A stretch of DNA of 64,000 nucleotides, taken from NCBI RefSeq assembly GCF_018977255.1, contig NW_024704751.1, positions 8,680,001 through 8,744,000 on the forward strand, given 5' to 3'. The DNA comes from Callorhinchus milii (taxonomy: Eukaryota). Of the stretch, positions 1-14,200 are shown piece by piece (positions within the stretch are counted from its first letter, which is position 1; each line of letters opens with the position of its first letter). Made by a program: the position numbers and the translations under genes. The notes below the pieces were generated by a model. It ran no database searches. It was given only the letters and a program-made list of their open reading frames with translations, and was not told the origin of the DNA.

Positions 1-300
1 GTCTTATCACGAATAGCAGCCGAAGCCTAGTCTGTAACAGGATTGGAAAGGCAACTGGATTAATTCAGGAGGAAAAATATCATTAAGGGTTATGGGGAGA
101 GAGCACGGGAAAGGGATTTAGGGGAAAGGGATTTAGGGGAAAGGGATTTAGGGGAAAGCTCCAGTGGGGAAGTGAGGACCAGTACAGACATGATGGGTAA
201 AGAGTGGGGTCAAGGGGATTAGAGTTGAGAGCTCCAGTTGGAGAGCGAGCATGAGTATGGACACTAAGCCCAAATGACCTCCTTCTATATTGTAAACTTG
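1..300 (+). mobile_element. Degraded CR1-type LINE 3' end with a short internal GGGGAAAGGGATTTA tandem repeat
   Basis: AAGGGTTATGGGGAGAGAGC...GGACACTAAGCCCAAATGACCTCCTTCT resembles CR1 3' UTRs; 15-nt unit about 3.5 copies at about 107-157. Confidence 0.5.
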
Positions 301-539
301 CTATTAATTGAACAAGAGAGATCAGCTATGATGTGTGTCCCCATCTCTGCTGAAGACGGGATACAGTTGCTCAGGAACTGGGACTTCTGTCAGGCGTCCT
401 GCCTTCACCTAACCTCTACTCTCGCACCTTTCTCACCATGAGCACCCAATATTGGGAGTCACACCTGAAACCCTGTTAGCCGTGGGTGGGGGTGCGGGGG
501 GGGGGTTGTTGTGGGGGGGGGTGGGGAGTGGAGTGATGT

Positions 540-705
540 GGGCACATCATTTGAGGCACGGCACCTCTGACCGTGCGGCGCTCCCCCCAGCGATGTGCGG
601 GGATGTCAGAGCCGAAGCTGTGAGCTCAAAGTCCGCGACGTAGGGCTTGAACACACTCCAACCTGCTGACTCTGAGTTGGGAGCGTGACGGATTGAGTCA
701 GATTG
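540..705 (-). mobile_element. DeuSINE/SacSINE-like fragment (5' part)
   Basis: Reverse complement resembles the head of the copy at 8161. Confidence 0.5.
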
Positions 706-1579
706 TGTTGAGGAAGCTGCCTGACCCCTCTCCACACCCCCCTCCCCCCCCCACCCCCACCGCCCCGGGTGGAGGGGGTGGGTCATGTACAGTGCAAAGC
801 TGAACAACAGCCATTGCTATCCCCATCCACAAAGTTCCCTCCTGTAAATTACACCTTCACCTCCCTCTCGGACAGCTCTCTCTGGGGTTCGGGCTTGAAT
901 CATCTCCTTTATATCAAAAAAATGCTGCTTTTCTGCTCTGTACCCTTCGCAGAAGCGAATGGCGGGGAAACGAACCACTAATAATAGTACTATTATTAAT
1001 GATTTATGACAAATTGCCTTTATACAGCGCATCGCACATCGGAAGACGTCCCAAGGCGCTGGACAGTGAAGGGTTTGCACCCGAGCTGGGGGTCGGAATC
1101 AAGAGGGTTGCTCTGCAATTACTGTGCGGTAGGAACAATTCCATTCGTATAGCGCCTTGCACTTCGGGAGGATGTTCCCGAGGCGCCGGAATCATAATAA
1201 TACCAATTATTATCACAACAATAAATGATACCAATTATTATCACTATAATGATAATAATAATAATAATAATAATGCCAATTCCTCGCCCCCTTATTTTTT
1301 CGCCCCAGAAAAACACACACAGTCACTGCACTACAGTTCGCAGTATATCCCCTCCAGGGAGGGAGAGGCAGAGAGTGAGTGAGAGAGTGAGTGAGTGAGA
1401 GAGTGCGCATTCCGTCCCAGTGGCCTTGAGCTGTGTGTGTGTTTTTTCTCTCTGGCCAAATTAAAGGGGTGGCGGGTGGAGCGCCGAGCGGCACCTCGCC
1501 TTTAAGGTGCGGGAGGAATTTCCCCTCTAAAGAGAAACAAGGCGACAAGAGACAGATACACAGACACAGGACCGGGGAG

Positions 1580-3090
1580 ACCCCCCCACACCCCCACACA
1601 CCAACACACACACACACCAACACACACACCCCCATACACAGCCCCACACACAGCCCCACACACACAGCCCCACACACCCCACACCCCCACACACACACCA
1701 ACACACACACAGCCCCACACACACACAGCCCCCCCCACACACACCCCCACACACAGCCCCACACCCCCACACACCAACACACACACAGCCCCATACACAG
1801 CCCCCACACACACAGCCCCACACACCTCACACCCCCACACACACCAACACACACAGCCCCACACACACACCCCACACACACCCCCATACACACAGCCCCA
1901 CACCCCCCCACACCCCCACACACACACACACAGCCCCATACACCCACACACCAACACACACAGCCCCATACACACCCCCATACACAGCCCCACATCAACA
2001 CACACAGCCCCCACACCCCACACACCCCCCCCCCCCCGGCTCAGGGGGAGAGAAACAGGAAAAGAAGAGCAACAACAAAAGAGAGAAGAAGATAAAAGTG
2101 GCGTTAAAGAAAGGAAAAGGGGGAGAAGGAGACTGTGGAGGTGAGAGGGGAGTGTGATCCCCGGGACACAGGGAGACGCGAGTCGCCGTCTGAGCCCCCA
2201 CCCCCCACCCCACACATCACCCCCACACCCCACATCACCCCCACCCCACACATCACCCCCACACCCCACATCACCCCCACCCCACACATCACCCCCACCC
2301 ACATCACCCCCACACCACCCCCCCCCACCCCACCCCACATCACCCCCACACCCCACATCACCCCCCCCACCCACATCACCCCCACCCCCACCCCCACATC
2401 ACCCCCACCCCACCCCCACCCCACATCACCCCCCCCACCCACATCACCCCCACCCCCACCCCACATCACCCCCCACCCACATCACCCCCCCCCACCCACA
2501 TCACCCCCCACACCACCCCCCCCCCCACCCACCCACTGGGGTCCCTCATCCATTCGTAATCCAAACTCACTGACACCACACACACACACACAGTGACAGA
2601 CAGTCATACAGAGAGACAGAGATACGCGTAAACACAGGGAGAGAGAGAGAGAGAGATACACAGAGACTGACACACACACATAGTGACGGACAGACGGACA
2701 CACACACACACACACACACACACAGACGGAAATACACACAGACAGAAATACACACAAGACAGACAGAGATACACAGAGACTGACACACACACACACACAC
2801 AGTGACAGACAGACTCACAGACAAGAGAGACAGACAGTGAGACAGAACTACACACAGACAGACAGAGAGATGCCAGAGACTGACACACTCACACTCACAC
2901 ACACAGTGACAGACAGACGCGCACACAGGCAACACACACAGACAGACAAGACACAGAGATACACACAGAGAGACATACAGACAGTGAGAGATACACACAC
3001 AGAGACACACAGGTACATGTAGCCGGAGACACAGAGAGAGAAACACACACACACACACACACATAGACACCACAGAGATAAACACACAGA
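1580..3090. repeat. C/A-rich micro- and minisatellite field upstream of lrrc75a
   Basis: CACACAGCCC-type repeats 1580-2040, an approximately 18-nt CCCCACATCACCCCCACA array 2200-2530, and CA/GA repeats 2575-3090. Confidence 0.9.
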
Positions 3091-3593
3091 GTGAGAGACA
3101 ACATCTTGCATTTATATAGCGCCCCTCTCGCCGGGTGGTTGCTCGCCGCTTGCTTGAACACACGGAGTCAGACATACAGGCACACCCACACCCACAATAA
3201 CCGTAGCTGATGGACGATTGCAAACTGTAAACAAGAGGCCAAACGGGGATTGGGGGCTTTGCTTCCCGTCGCTCCTGACGCCTGAATCCCGAGGTGACTG
3301 TAACCGGGGACCGGGGGCTGGGGTGTGTGTCTGGGCCGTGGCAGAGTGAGTACCCCTCGCCCGTTGCCCGCAGGTGAAGCTGCCAGCTCTGGGCGACCCC
3401 TGCAGGAGCAGCGAGCAGGCAAGGAGAGCAGCGTGTGTGGAGGAGGTGCTGCGGACACGGAGTTCTGTGCTGGCCTTTCCCACGGGGTGAGCAGTCGGCC
3501 GGCCGGACGGATTGGACAAGTGGCCCTTTGAGTGAAACTCGCATGAAGCCGACAGGACTGTAGAATTCTGCTCTCGGAGGGCAAGCCTCCAAC

Positions 3594-5188
3594 ATGGGGA
3601 CCAAACAGACCAAAGGGCTGGTGCCCTCGGAGGGGGGGGAGAGCCCCCGTCGCCTGCTGGGCTCCAGGAGGAGGAGCGGGGGCCGGGAGAAGCCGGACTT
3701 CCTCTCGGCGATGGTGCTGCGCTCGAGCGAGCGGCTGGGGCGGGCGGGAGCTCCTCCATACCAGCGCCGAGTCAGCATGGTGCAGGAGATGGCAACGCTG
3801 GTCCGACAGGGCCGACAGCTCCAGGCCACGCAGCTCCTCAAGAGCCTGCGTCAGGTGAGCGAGCACACACACACACACTCGCTCACACACACACTCACAC
3901 TCGCTCACACACACTCACACTCGCTCACACACACTCACACGTGCTAACGCACACTCACACTCGCTCTCACACTTGCTCACGCACTCACACTCGCTCACAC
4001 ACGCTCACTCGCACACACACACAGTCACACGCTCACACACTCACTCACTCACTCACACACACATTGGCCATCAGTCACTGGAGGAGAGAGGTACGTGGGG
4101 TCTCCTTGCACGTGGGTTGGCTCCAAGGTGACATCTCTGGCAACGGAATGGCAGTCTTGCTAGTCCAGTCCCTGAGCCAGGCAGCTCGGCAGTACTCCAG
4201 GGCACTGCTGATGACAGCCTGGCTCATCGGCAGGACCTGGAAGGGCAGACCAGTCACTGGGAGCAGGGACTCTTCCCACTCAGCTGTTAACCGTGCCAGC
4301 CAAAGCCCTAACGTGTAGGGTGGTCCTAGCTGGACAAGCAGGGGGAAAGCTTGCCAGGCAGCGCTCTCGAGGGCGATTTTAGTTGGTTGTCTCCTCCGAC
4401 AATGCAACCCCCACCCCCCAACCCCGTCCCAGTGCTGCATTCACACTGGAGAGTCAGCCTGGACTGTGAGCTCAGAGTAAGGAACGTGGGAGGAGTAGCC
4501 TCTGTAACTCCTGTAAGTTTTACCGAGTTATTAATTCAGCCGCTCTCCCTGCTCGGTGAGCACTGGCCTGCGCCCTGCCCTGCCTCGCTCGACCTCCCGA
4601 GGTGAAAGCCACTAAACAGGATGAATCAAAAGTCCATACTCATATCGAGTTTTTAATTATTAATTATGTTGTTATTTTAAGACGCTGGTAGAGTGTGCGC
4701 GGCTATTACGGGAGATGTTCATGAAAGTTTTTGTCACTGAATTGACAATTGTAAAGTCTATGCGGCAATGCGGTTTGAACATCTCATATAGACCACTGCG
4801 TAAGGTCCTTGGATTCACCTTGTTTACATCTAAATTGTTCTTTAACTCGATTCTTCCACCTGACTTGGTCTTAAAATCCAAGGTGCCACAGAATTCCAGA
4901 AAAATCTTAAATGCCCACCTGAATGCGGAACCTGGTTCCGTCCAAGAATCGCAGGAACCTGACTCTCAAACTGAGGCCGTCAGTGAGAGAACCTGACCTT
5001 CGCGCACACCCTCACCGTCCGGCGGAAATGATCCCAAATTAAACTGGAGTGAAACGCACACTCCACAGCCCAGCGTGCGCCGCTATCACATGCATGTCCT
5101 GCGGATAAAACGTTAAGCCAAGGTCCTGTCTACCAGTTCAGGTGGATATTAAAGATCACACGGCACTATTGAACATGAGAGGAATTTT

Positions 5189-5220
<32 letters not shown>

Positions 5221-8200
5221 GCTGTCCTGGCCAACAGTCCCCCAGATATGACCGTTCAGTCAATCTGTGGCTGTTTGTGGGACACCGCTCTGCGCAAACT
5301 GACTGCTGTGTTTCACCAACACACAATCCACAGTTGCAACACTTCACAGTGTATCCTGTGAAGCGCTTTGTCTCGACGACGGGATAAGGCGCTTTATTAT
5401 TAAATGCAAGGATTATTATTGTTGTTGTTGTAGCCCAAATGCTACCTGTCTGAGAGCAGTCTCTTAGCACAGGACCAAACCTGCGGCTCAGACTGTCCCC
5501 GTCTCTCTGCGGCATCCGCAGAGCAACCAACACGAGCTGAAACCCGCAAAGCAAACGTGCTATACTTTTATCTCTTTGGCGTACAGTCGTCACCGTCGTG
5601 GGCACATTGTCAGTGTGAGTGGGGAAGAATGTCTCACGGGGGGGGGCGGGTGATCCCCAGCCTCGTTCTCCTGTCCAGGTCTTTGGCTCCCACTTGCTCT
5701 CCCTCTCGTCTCCCACCTCTCCTTCTCTTCCTGTTTCTCACTCAGGCTCCATCTCCCACTTTAAACCCCCCCACACCTCTCCCCCCTCGTGGTCAGTGCC
5801 CACCCCCCCCCCCCCACCCCGCTCCAGTGGATCCCTATCATCATTGTGAAGTGGTTGGAGGGGCTGATGTTGGCACGGTGTGTGTCGAGTGGATGATGCG
5901 AGGATGCTGAGGGAGAGCATGTGGAGATACAGTAATTAACACAGGCTGGTCTCACCCATCATAACATGGCAATACCTGTCTCACACTGGCAGCCTCATTA
6001 GCTGACCCCCCCCCCCCACACTGACGTAACCAACACTCGCTGTTTAAGCCAAAACAGCTCCACGGTTTACAACAGCAACTTTTACACAGCGCCCTTCACG
6101 AGGGGTAGAGCCTCGGAGACCTTAACGGTGGTGGAGTTTGACACTGAGCCCCGGGGTTGGGGGGGGTGGGGGGGGCGCGCGGTAACCGTAGGCGCGGTCG
6201 AAGAGGAAGATCTTTCAGGCGCCATCTGACAAAAGGGGAACGAGGGTTTGAGGGCAGTTCCTGATTCTAATTTTCACAAAAGAAACCCAAATATTCGCAT
6301 CATCTGAGTCCGCGCTGCATTCCACATCCCCTCCAGACACTTAGCAAAAGGGCAAACGTTAAACTAATCACGTGTCTCGTTGCTTTCACAACTCATCAGA
6401 TCAGATCGGATCAGTGACAGGGATGAGCCGCGGCCAGGCTGACTCTCTCACGCTGTTTCCGAGTTTCTGGGATAAAAACACAACACACATATTGGCTCAA
6501 TCGTGTAGATTTTTATTGCAACGCAACTGGTCCTAACTGTGGAAACATCTGCTTGTAGTTAGAGCTGCTCCTGCTCCGCACCCTACAGCGGAGAGGGAGC
6601 GAGAGCGGGAGAGACAGACAGGAGAGAGAGATTGAGGGGGAGGGAGAGGAAGCAATGGAGAGAGTGGGGGTGGGGGAGAGGGAGAGTGTGACGGACAGAG
6701 AGCATGGAAGAGGGGGAGAGAGCGTGCACGAAAGAAAGTGGGAGAGCGTGCAAGAGAGAGAGAGAGAGAGAGAGCGAGCGTGAGACGGAACTAAGCAACT
6801 TTATTCCTTGCTTGAGCCCATCCCCAGGGACTGGCATTGCTGCCCTTTCCAACCACCCCTCGTTCCCCCGCACTCACTGAGCCCCTGCGTTCCTCAACTT
6901 TAACCCCCCCCCCCCCCGCCCCCGAAATTCCACCCAGTCTCAGTCTGTGGAACAAGTTTACCTTTAAAATCTAAGGTTGGCTCAGGGTTGTGGACACATT
7001 TATGAAATTCCTAATTGGAAAGCTGGTTCCTTTCAGGAAACGTTGTAAACAGTGTCCAAACTCCCACTGTGTTGAAGACGTTTTCTAGGTTTGTGCAGTT
7101 TTAGACACTAAGGCAGAATGGCCTCATCCCGGGCTCTGGAATTTCAGGCCTCCCGGATTGGAAGATGGTCAGGAATTTCGGGAAGGATTTCTTTCCGAGC
7201 CTCCTGATGACGATAAGCGCCTCGGCCGTGTGCGCGTGTGTTTGTGTGTGTCTCTTCACTGGCTTTACCGCACCGTCTTCCCCAGCACTGTGACCAGAGG
7301 GAGAGGCCAGAGAGAGGGAGAGGAGGGGGAGGCAGAGAGTAACACAGTGATAAAGCGCCCACACAGACCAGCGCTTCACAGGATACACTGTAAAGTGAAT
7401 TAACTGTACATTTTGTGGGCGACAAATATACAGTCAATTCAATTCACCTCAGGCTGGCATCTGGCAAACCAGGTCTCCTGTTGAGATTTGCTTGTGTTGG
7501 TTACCACGACCGAATCTGACCCACGAATACAAGTCAGGGGATTGCGGGAAGGATTCATTGAGCTCCTGGCAACAGTTATGCCTTCATTTTAAGGCAGAAT
7601 GGCCTCTCACAAAGGCTCTGGAATTTCAGGCCTCCGGGATTAGAAAATGGCCCGGAACGTCAGGAATGAACGCTTTCTGAATCTCCTGATGAATCGCTAC
7701 AATACCCATTCCTACCTCTGTGGGCTGGGATCGGTATGGCAGTATTTCTGGTCTAAGCAGTTTGACGTGCTCACACAGAGGAAGCAGAGAGAGTGGAGTG
7801 CAGAGCTAGCTCGAGAATTTGGTCATTAGGAGATGGGTCAGGTCTACGTTGTCCTTTGACAACGGGGGTTTGGGGGTGGGAGGCGGGGGGTTTGGGGATT
7901 GTTTATGAGGACAACGCTCGTTCCCTAAGTGGAACGCGGTTTGCTCTAATTCGGCTACTGGGGCTGAGCAGGACCTTAACCTCGCTCACCAAAACAGATC
8001 CGTGCTAACGTTTGTTCTCCACACAATCGCCAACCGCTCCTGTTCCCCCATCCTGTTCACTTCTTCCTCGTGAAAGCTTCAACCACAGCTTCCGGCAGCG
8101 AGTTCCACTTTCTCACCACCATCTGTGTGACTAAGTTCCTCTTAAGCTCCCTGTTTGTGCGTCAGCCTGGCTCAGTGGCTAGCACTCCCGCCTCTCGAGT

Positions 8201-11200
8201 CGGAGGATTGTGGGTTCAAGCCCCCACATCGGGTGGGAATCACACAGTCTAATCTGATGTTCCAATGCAGCGATGGGGGTTTGCCACATTGTCAGAGCAA
8301 GTGCCGTCCTTTGGATGAGATGTTAAACCGAGGTCCTGTCTGCCTGTTCAGGTGGATATTGGAGACCCCACGGCACTATCGGAAAAGAGAAGGGAGTTTC
8401 TCTCTCTCCCGGTGTCCTGACCTACAAAATATACAGTCACTCCATTTCACAGTAAATCCTGTGAAGCGCTTTGAAGATCGAATTCACGATCGCCTTACCC
8501 TGAGGTGGGAGGGTGAGCAAACGAGCCGGGCTGAGGTCAACACACTGAGGCCAGAGCCCTCCTCTGATGTGTGCTGGAGCCCAGAGACATCAGAGAGAGT
8601 GAGCACTGAATCAGAAGAACACATGGTGCTGCAGACAGCCGCTGAACCTGGGGAGACAGTGGAAAGGTGCCAGGAAATCCAAGCCTCTTATGTTTCGTGC
8701 TTCCTGCTGTCCTTCAGTCTCGACTGTGGAAGACTTTGCTGTTGGTACCTGTGTCTGCCTGGTCTCTCAATCCCAAACTCTCCCTACGCTAGCACATTCC
8801 CAATGCGCTCAGCTGATTTGATTCTCTTTGAAACAGGCCACGAGAGGCTCTCCTAAACTGTCTGTAATCTCCTCAGCTGTCCCTCCTCTAAGGGAGTTTC
8901 TCCTGGTGTCCTGGCCGTCGATCCTCCCGGAAAAATTGGCCGTTTGTGTTTGCGGGACGTTGCTCTGTGCAAATTGGCCACCGTGTTTCTTACCTACAAA
9001 TACACAGTCACTTCACGTTGCGGTAAATCCAACTGAGAATTCCACGCATCCCACATCCAGATGGGAATCCCAGAGATTGATTGTTGGAATGGAATGCACT
9101 CTCTCTCTCTCTCTCTCCCTCTTTCTCTCTCTCCCTGGAGGGACGCATCCTGCTTACTCATCCCCAATTCCGGAAAGTAATAGGAGTAGTAAAAAAAAAT
9201 GATAACAATGATAATAGTATCATTCCCTCTCCTCATCCAAATTTACCCTAAATCCTCATCTGCTGCTGTTTACAGATGGTCTGGCCTGTGCAACAGCATC
9301 TCATTTCAAATCAATTACAGTTTGTAAAGCTTTTTGTGCAGTGTGTGAAAGGCGCCGGTTAAGTGCAAGTTATTAGCATCATTACGATTATCCAGAAGCG
9401 CACTCAGCGGTTGGAGTGCACAGAAGCACATGAGAGGCTTGAATGTTGAGTGGAGTCTGTGGTCTTGGAGCCGTCTCCCAGCTCCCACCACCCGGCCCGC
9501 GGCAGCTGATGAACAGACCCTCGTGATGTCTGAACCGGTTGGGATTTATCGTTTATCCTGTGAAATAATAATAATAATAATAATAATACAACAACGATAA
9601 CCCGTGCAATTTGATACAGTGCCTTGCACATCAAATAAGAGGGCGCTGGTATCTCGCACCTTATTATTCCAAAGACGGGATTTTGCCCCTGATATTGGGG
9701 GAGTGTTCCCTGAGCCATCGCCCCAGCATCACTCTGAGAACCCGTGTTAGTGCCTCATCGGTCTCCCCCTCTACATCAGCTCGTGAGAGTGGCCCTGGCT
9801 CTCTCTCAGCTGCTGGCTTGTGTCCTTGAGTGACCCAGCTCAGCCTCAGGCCCAGCTCAGCACAGCTCCCAGCACTGTGCAGGTCTCAAACCGGCAATAA
9901 TTCCAGCGATCAGCAAAGCTACAACACGCTGTAACCTGTAACCCTCAAGAGACTCTGCACCACAACCCGCATTGTCGCACTGATAGACACCCCTCACTGT
10001 CGCACTGTTAGACACCCCTCACTGTCACACTCAGTCCGGTTTGGATACCCTTTAGCATCGTGATGAGATTCCACGTCTCAGACACCCGGCTGATCACGGT
10101 GATGGGTTTCCGCGTGTGTCAGATCACCCACTGACCTAAATGGTTGTCTCTTTCTCTCTCTCTCTCTCTCTCTCCCTCTCTCTCCACCCAGGATTTAGGG
10201 ATGGAATCCACCTCCCTGGACGATGTCCTGTACAGATACGCCAGCTTCCGCAACCTGGTGGATCCCATCACTCACGACCTGATCATCAGTCTGGCCCGGC
10301 ACATCCACTGCCCCCGGCCGGTAAGGGATTCGCCACCCAGCGCCAGGGGACAACAGCACAGACACCGCACCCCACCGCACAGGGCCAAGGGGGCCCGGGG
10401 GAGGGGTGGGGGGTTGCATAAGGGGGGAACAGCAACGGGCTGTGCTATTCTCGGGCAGTCACACACTTCCCCTCACCCCCAACACGCGCTGTCACACGAA
10501 CATCCTGTCCTACTCACGCACACTGTCTCACACGCATGCTCTGGCACACTCACACATTGTCACTCACACACACTCACCATCACACTCGCACTGGGTCACA
10601 CTTATACATGCTCACAAAAACCACACACTCGCTCACTGTCACACTCAGGCGATAATCCTCACACCTACCCCCTGTGTCAGCCTCGCTCACCGCGCCAGGA
10701 ATAACCCAGATGCCTGTGCCCTGACATTGAGACCCAGGAGCAGTGAGACTGCTGTGTAACAGAACCCAGTCTGTCCCGCTCAGCCCCCGAGGACAGCGAT
10801 GGTTAATAATAACAACAATAACAATCCTTGCATTTGATGCAGTGCCTTATCACGTCTTCGAGACGTCCCAAAGGGCTTCACAGGATACACCGTAAAGCGT
10901 AGTGAGTATGCTTTATGGGCGATCTGTCACATTGAGGCAACAGGCGGCACTGACTCCCTCTGAGCAATTTATCATCATGGTGCAGACAGCGCCAGGCTTC
11001 CTGCCATGACTAATGATCTGTCTCTGTGGCCAGAGGGTCATAGAGTTGGAGTTCTGATGGTGAGCACTCTCAGGTCAGGTTTAGCAACAGAGTGAAGCTC
11101 CCTCTACACTGTCCGACCACACTCCCAGCTCAGGTTTAGCGACAGAGTAAAGCTCCCTCCCTCCCTCCCTCCCTTAGCATTGTTTGAAAAGAGAAGGGAG

Positions 11201-14200
11201 TTTCTCTCCTGGTGTCTTGGCCAACAAATCTCTCACTCCACGGCTGCTGTGTTCGTCTACAAAAATACACAGTCACTACACTGTCCAGTGAATCCTGTGA
11301 AGTGCTTTGTAACATCCTCCCAATGGGAAAGGTGCTGTATCCACTGTAAGGATGATTGCCAGCCCAGAAACTCTTAACAATCTGCGTGTGTTGTTGGAGG
11401 GGCCTCGTGGGAGGTGGTGTGTTGGAGACCAGTTTGTGTGAGGCCCAGGGAGAGGGGGGAGGGAGGTAGTGCAAAGCGTTGCTGCTGAGCTGTTCAGCTC
11501 CTGCCGTTTTCTCCGCTGTTATACAGGGAAGTGATTGATGTGGAAAAGCATCAGCAGGGCCTGGGAGCTGAGTCAGCGAGGGGTGGAGGTGGGGGAAAGA
11601 TTGGTGGGTGGGGGGATTCACGTGCCTGAACGCCCTCTTGCTGAGCAGATCAGCCTTTCTCACTGATTAACGAAGCCACAAACAGAATAAATGTCCATGG
11701 GCTAAAATTCACTCTTAGCCCCTGTTCGCTTCCCCTACACAAGCTGGAGCAGCCGGTCTTTGTTGGGAGACTCACTGATACAATGACCTTCTTCCTCATA
11801 CGCCCGAAATTCCACCCCTTTTGTCATGAAATGGACGCTCGCTGAGAACCGAGGGATGTTAATCACTTAAATTTGATCTTAATCATTAAAGCCCTTTTTC
11901 TTGAACGGCTTTTTTCTTAAAGAAGAGAAACTGTTCTCCCAAATGACGACTGGGTTTAAGAGTTTTTCCCCACTGTTTCTGCGTCACCTTATGCGTCGAG
12001 AGGCAAAATGCTCTCACAGGCTAAGACTAGGTGGGATTTCAACAACAACTCGCATTTATATTGCACCCTTCACCCAGGGTAGTAATCCGTAGCGCTTGAC
12101 AGTCTGACACCGAGCCAGGGGGAGAGAGGGGGAGGGGGGGAGGTTGACCGTAAGCATGATCAAAAAGGAAGGTCTTTAGGAGGGATTTGAAAGTGGGGAG
12201 GGGGGGAGTGTGGGGGCCTGGTGGAAGGATTGAGGGAGAGAGTCCCAGAGTCCCAACTAAGCCAACTGTCCTCATGGCTGTCCCCTCCCCGTACTCCCTC
12301 CTGACTGCTGAGCCTGTCTGTCACTGCGTGTGGGGCCGTCTGTCGCTCACCCGTGACTGACCCGCGTTTCACCACCTGACTCAGACGTGCTCTGAGCGTG
12401 TCCGCATTTACATGGGAAATACACGTGTGTAAGAGACACGCAGTGTGCCTCAAGGTCTGTGGTGTGTGTGTGTGTGTCTATGTATTGCAGGAGGGCGATG
12501 CGGTGGGAGCCACGGAGAAGGTTTGCCGGCAACTGACCTACCACCTGAGCCCACATTCCCAGTGTCGTCGTCGGGGGCCGGGCAGGGGGAAGCCCCAACA
12601 CTGGTAGGTTTCTGTGCAGAACATAACGTGGGGGTGGGGGTGTCTGTGTACGTATCTGTGTGCGCGTGTGTATCTGCCTATGAGTCTGGATGTGTGTGTG
12701 TGTGTGTGTGTCTCGGCGTTTGTCTGTGCCTTTGTGTGGGAGGGTGCCTGTGTGTGTGTATATCTCAGTGTGTGTGAGGGTTTGCTGGTGTGCGTGTCAG
12801 TGTGTATCTCAGTCCGTGTAGGTGTATATTGGCTGTGACTGGGTGTACGTCTCCTCAACCAGTCACAGCTAATACAAACAGACGTGCGTGCCGGAGTGTG
12901 TATCCTCATGGGAGGGAGGGAGGGCGGGGGGGGGGCATTTATTTGGGGTAACGTCGCACTCTGGTGCTGGTGCTGGTGGTGGGGGCGGTGTGGGAGGAGG
13001 CTTCGGTGGCTGTTTTTGGCATAAATAAACTTGAGACGATTTGCTCGACAGTTGTGTCTGCGAGGACACGGCCCCTTTAAATGCAGTTGTCTCCAGGCCG
13101 GGGTGATGGGGTGTGAACATCTGGCGGCCAGATGTTCAGGGAGTTTCATTCCGTCGCTCGGTGAGGTCACTGTGTCCTGGGAAACACCGGCAATGAGGAT
13201 CCAGCCTGGGGCGGGTGGAGGAGGCCGGGGCAGTGTGATATATGGTGCATAGGCTACAGTGTGTGATATACAGTAGTGTGATATATGGTGCATAGGCTAC
13301 AGTGTGTGATATACAGTAGTGTGATATATGGTGCATGAGCTACGGTGTGTGATATACAGTACAGTGTGATATGTGTGGACTGGACACCGTATATCACACT
13401 GCACTGTCTATCACTCACTGCCTACACAGTGTGATATATGGTGCATAGGCTACAGTGTGTGATATACAGTACAGTGTGATATGTGTGGACTGGACACCGT
13501 ATATCACACTGCACTGTCTATCACTCACTGCCTACACAGTGTGATATATGGTGCACAGGCTACAGTGTGATATACAGTACAGTGTGATATGTGTGGACTG
13601 GACACCGTATATCACACTGCACTGTCTATCACTCACTGCCTACACAGTGTGATATATGGTGCTGGGCCTCAGTGTGATATACCGGGTGTGCTATACGGGG
13701 CCTGATCTGCAGAATGTGATGTGTGCTGCACCATATAACAAGAGTAAGAATAATCCCCGCCGTTGACGCAGCGCCTTTACCGCATCTTCGAGACGACTCG
13801 GAGCGCTCCACAGGATGCAAGTGTAAAAGTGTAGTGACCGTGCGTTTTGCGGGTGAAACGCGACCCCGGTCTGGAGTGAGCCAGATACAGGGTGGGTGCA
13901 GCCCCCCCGCGGAGCGCGTGGCTCTGGGGCTGAGGAGCTAAGCCAGACGTGTTTGTCAGGAAAGAACCTAAACATCAGCAGCTCCGCTCCCCGCAGCCCC
14001 CCACCCCCCCCCCCCCCCCGCTCCCCCGCCCCCCCCCCGTACAGACTCTGGTTGGAATGTAATAAAATCTGTATTAACGGCAGCAGTGCTCATGTTGGTA
14101 TGGCAACCAACGTTAAGCTGTGAGCTGATATGACCGGAGAGGAATGTGAGCCTCGGCTCAGTACCAGGCTGGGCCGCCATCGGGCCACCGACAAACAAGG

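Noticed and set aside
1213-3161. Long His/Pro/Thr- or Cys/Val/Gly-rich ORFs on both strands
   Set aside because: Translations of CA/C-rich microsatellites that simply lack stop codons.
3346-3373. GTGAGT...CAG pair suggesting a 28-nt intron
   Set aside because: Too short for vertebrate splicing; the acceptor may serve another donor, but this cannot be resolved here.
2567-3914. 424-aa, 248-aa and 215-aa minus-strand ORFs
   Set aside because: Antisense of the GC-rich lrrc75a exon 1 plus microsatellite; no recognisable domain.
13231-13700. CRISPR-like repeat periodicity with palindromic units
   Set aside because: Eukaryotic intron, no unique spacers, no cas genes; it is a minisatellite.
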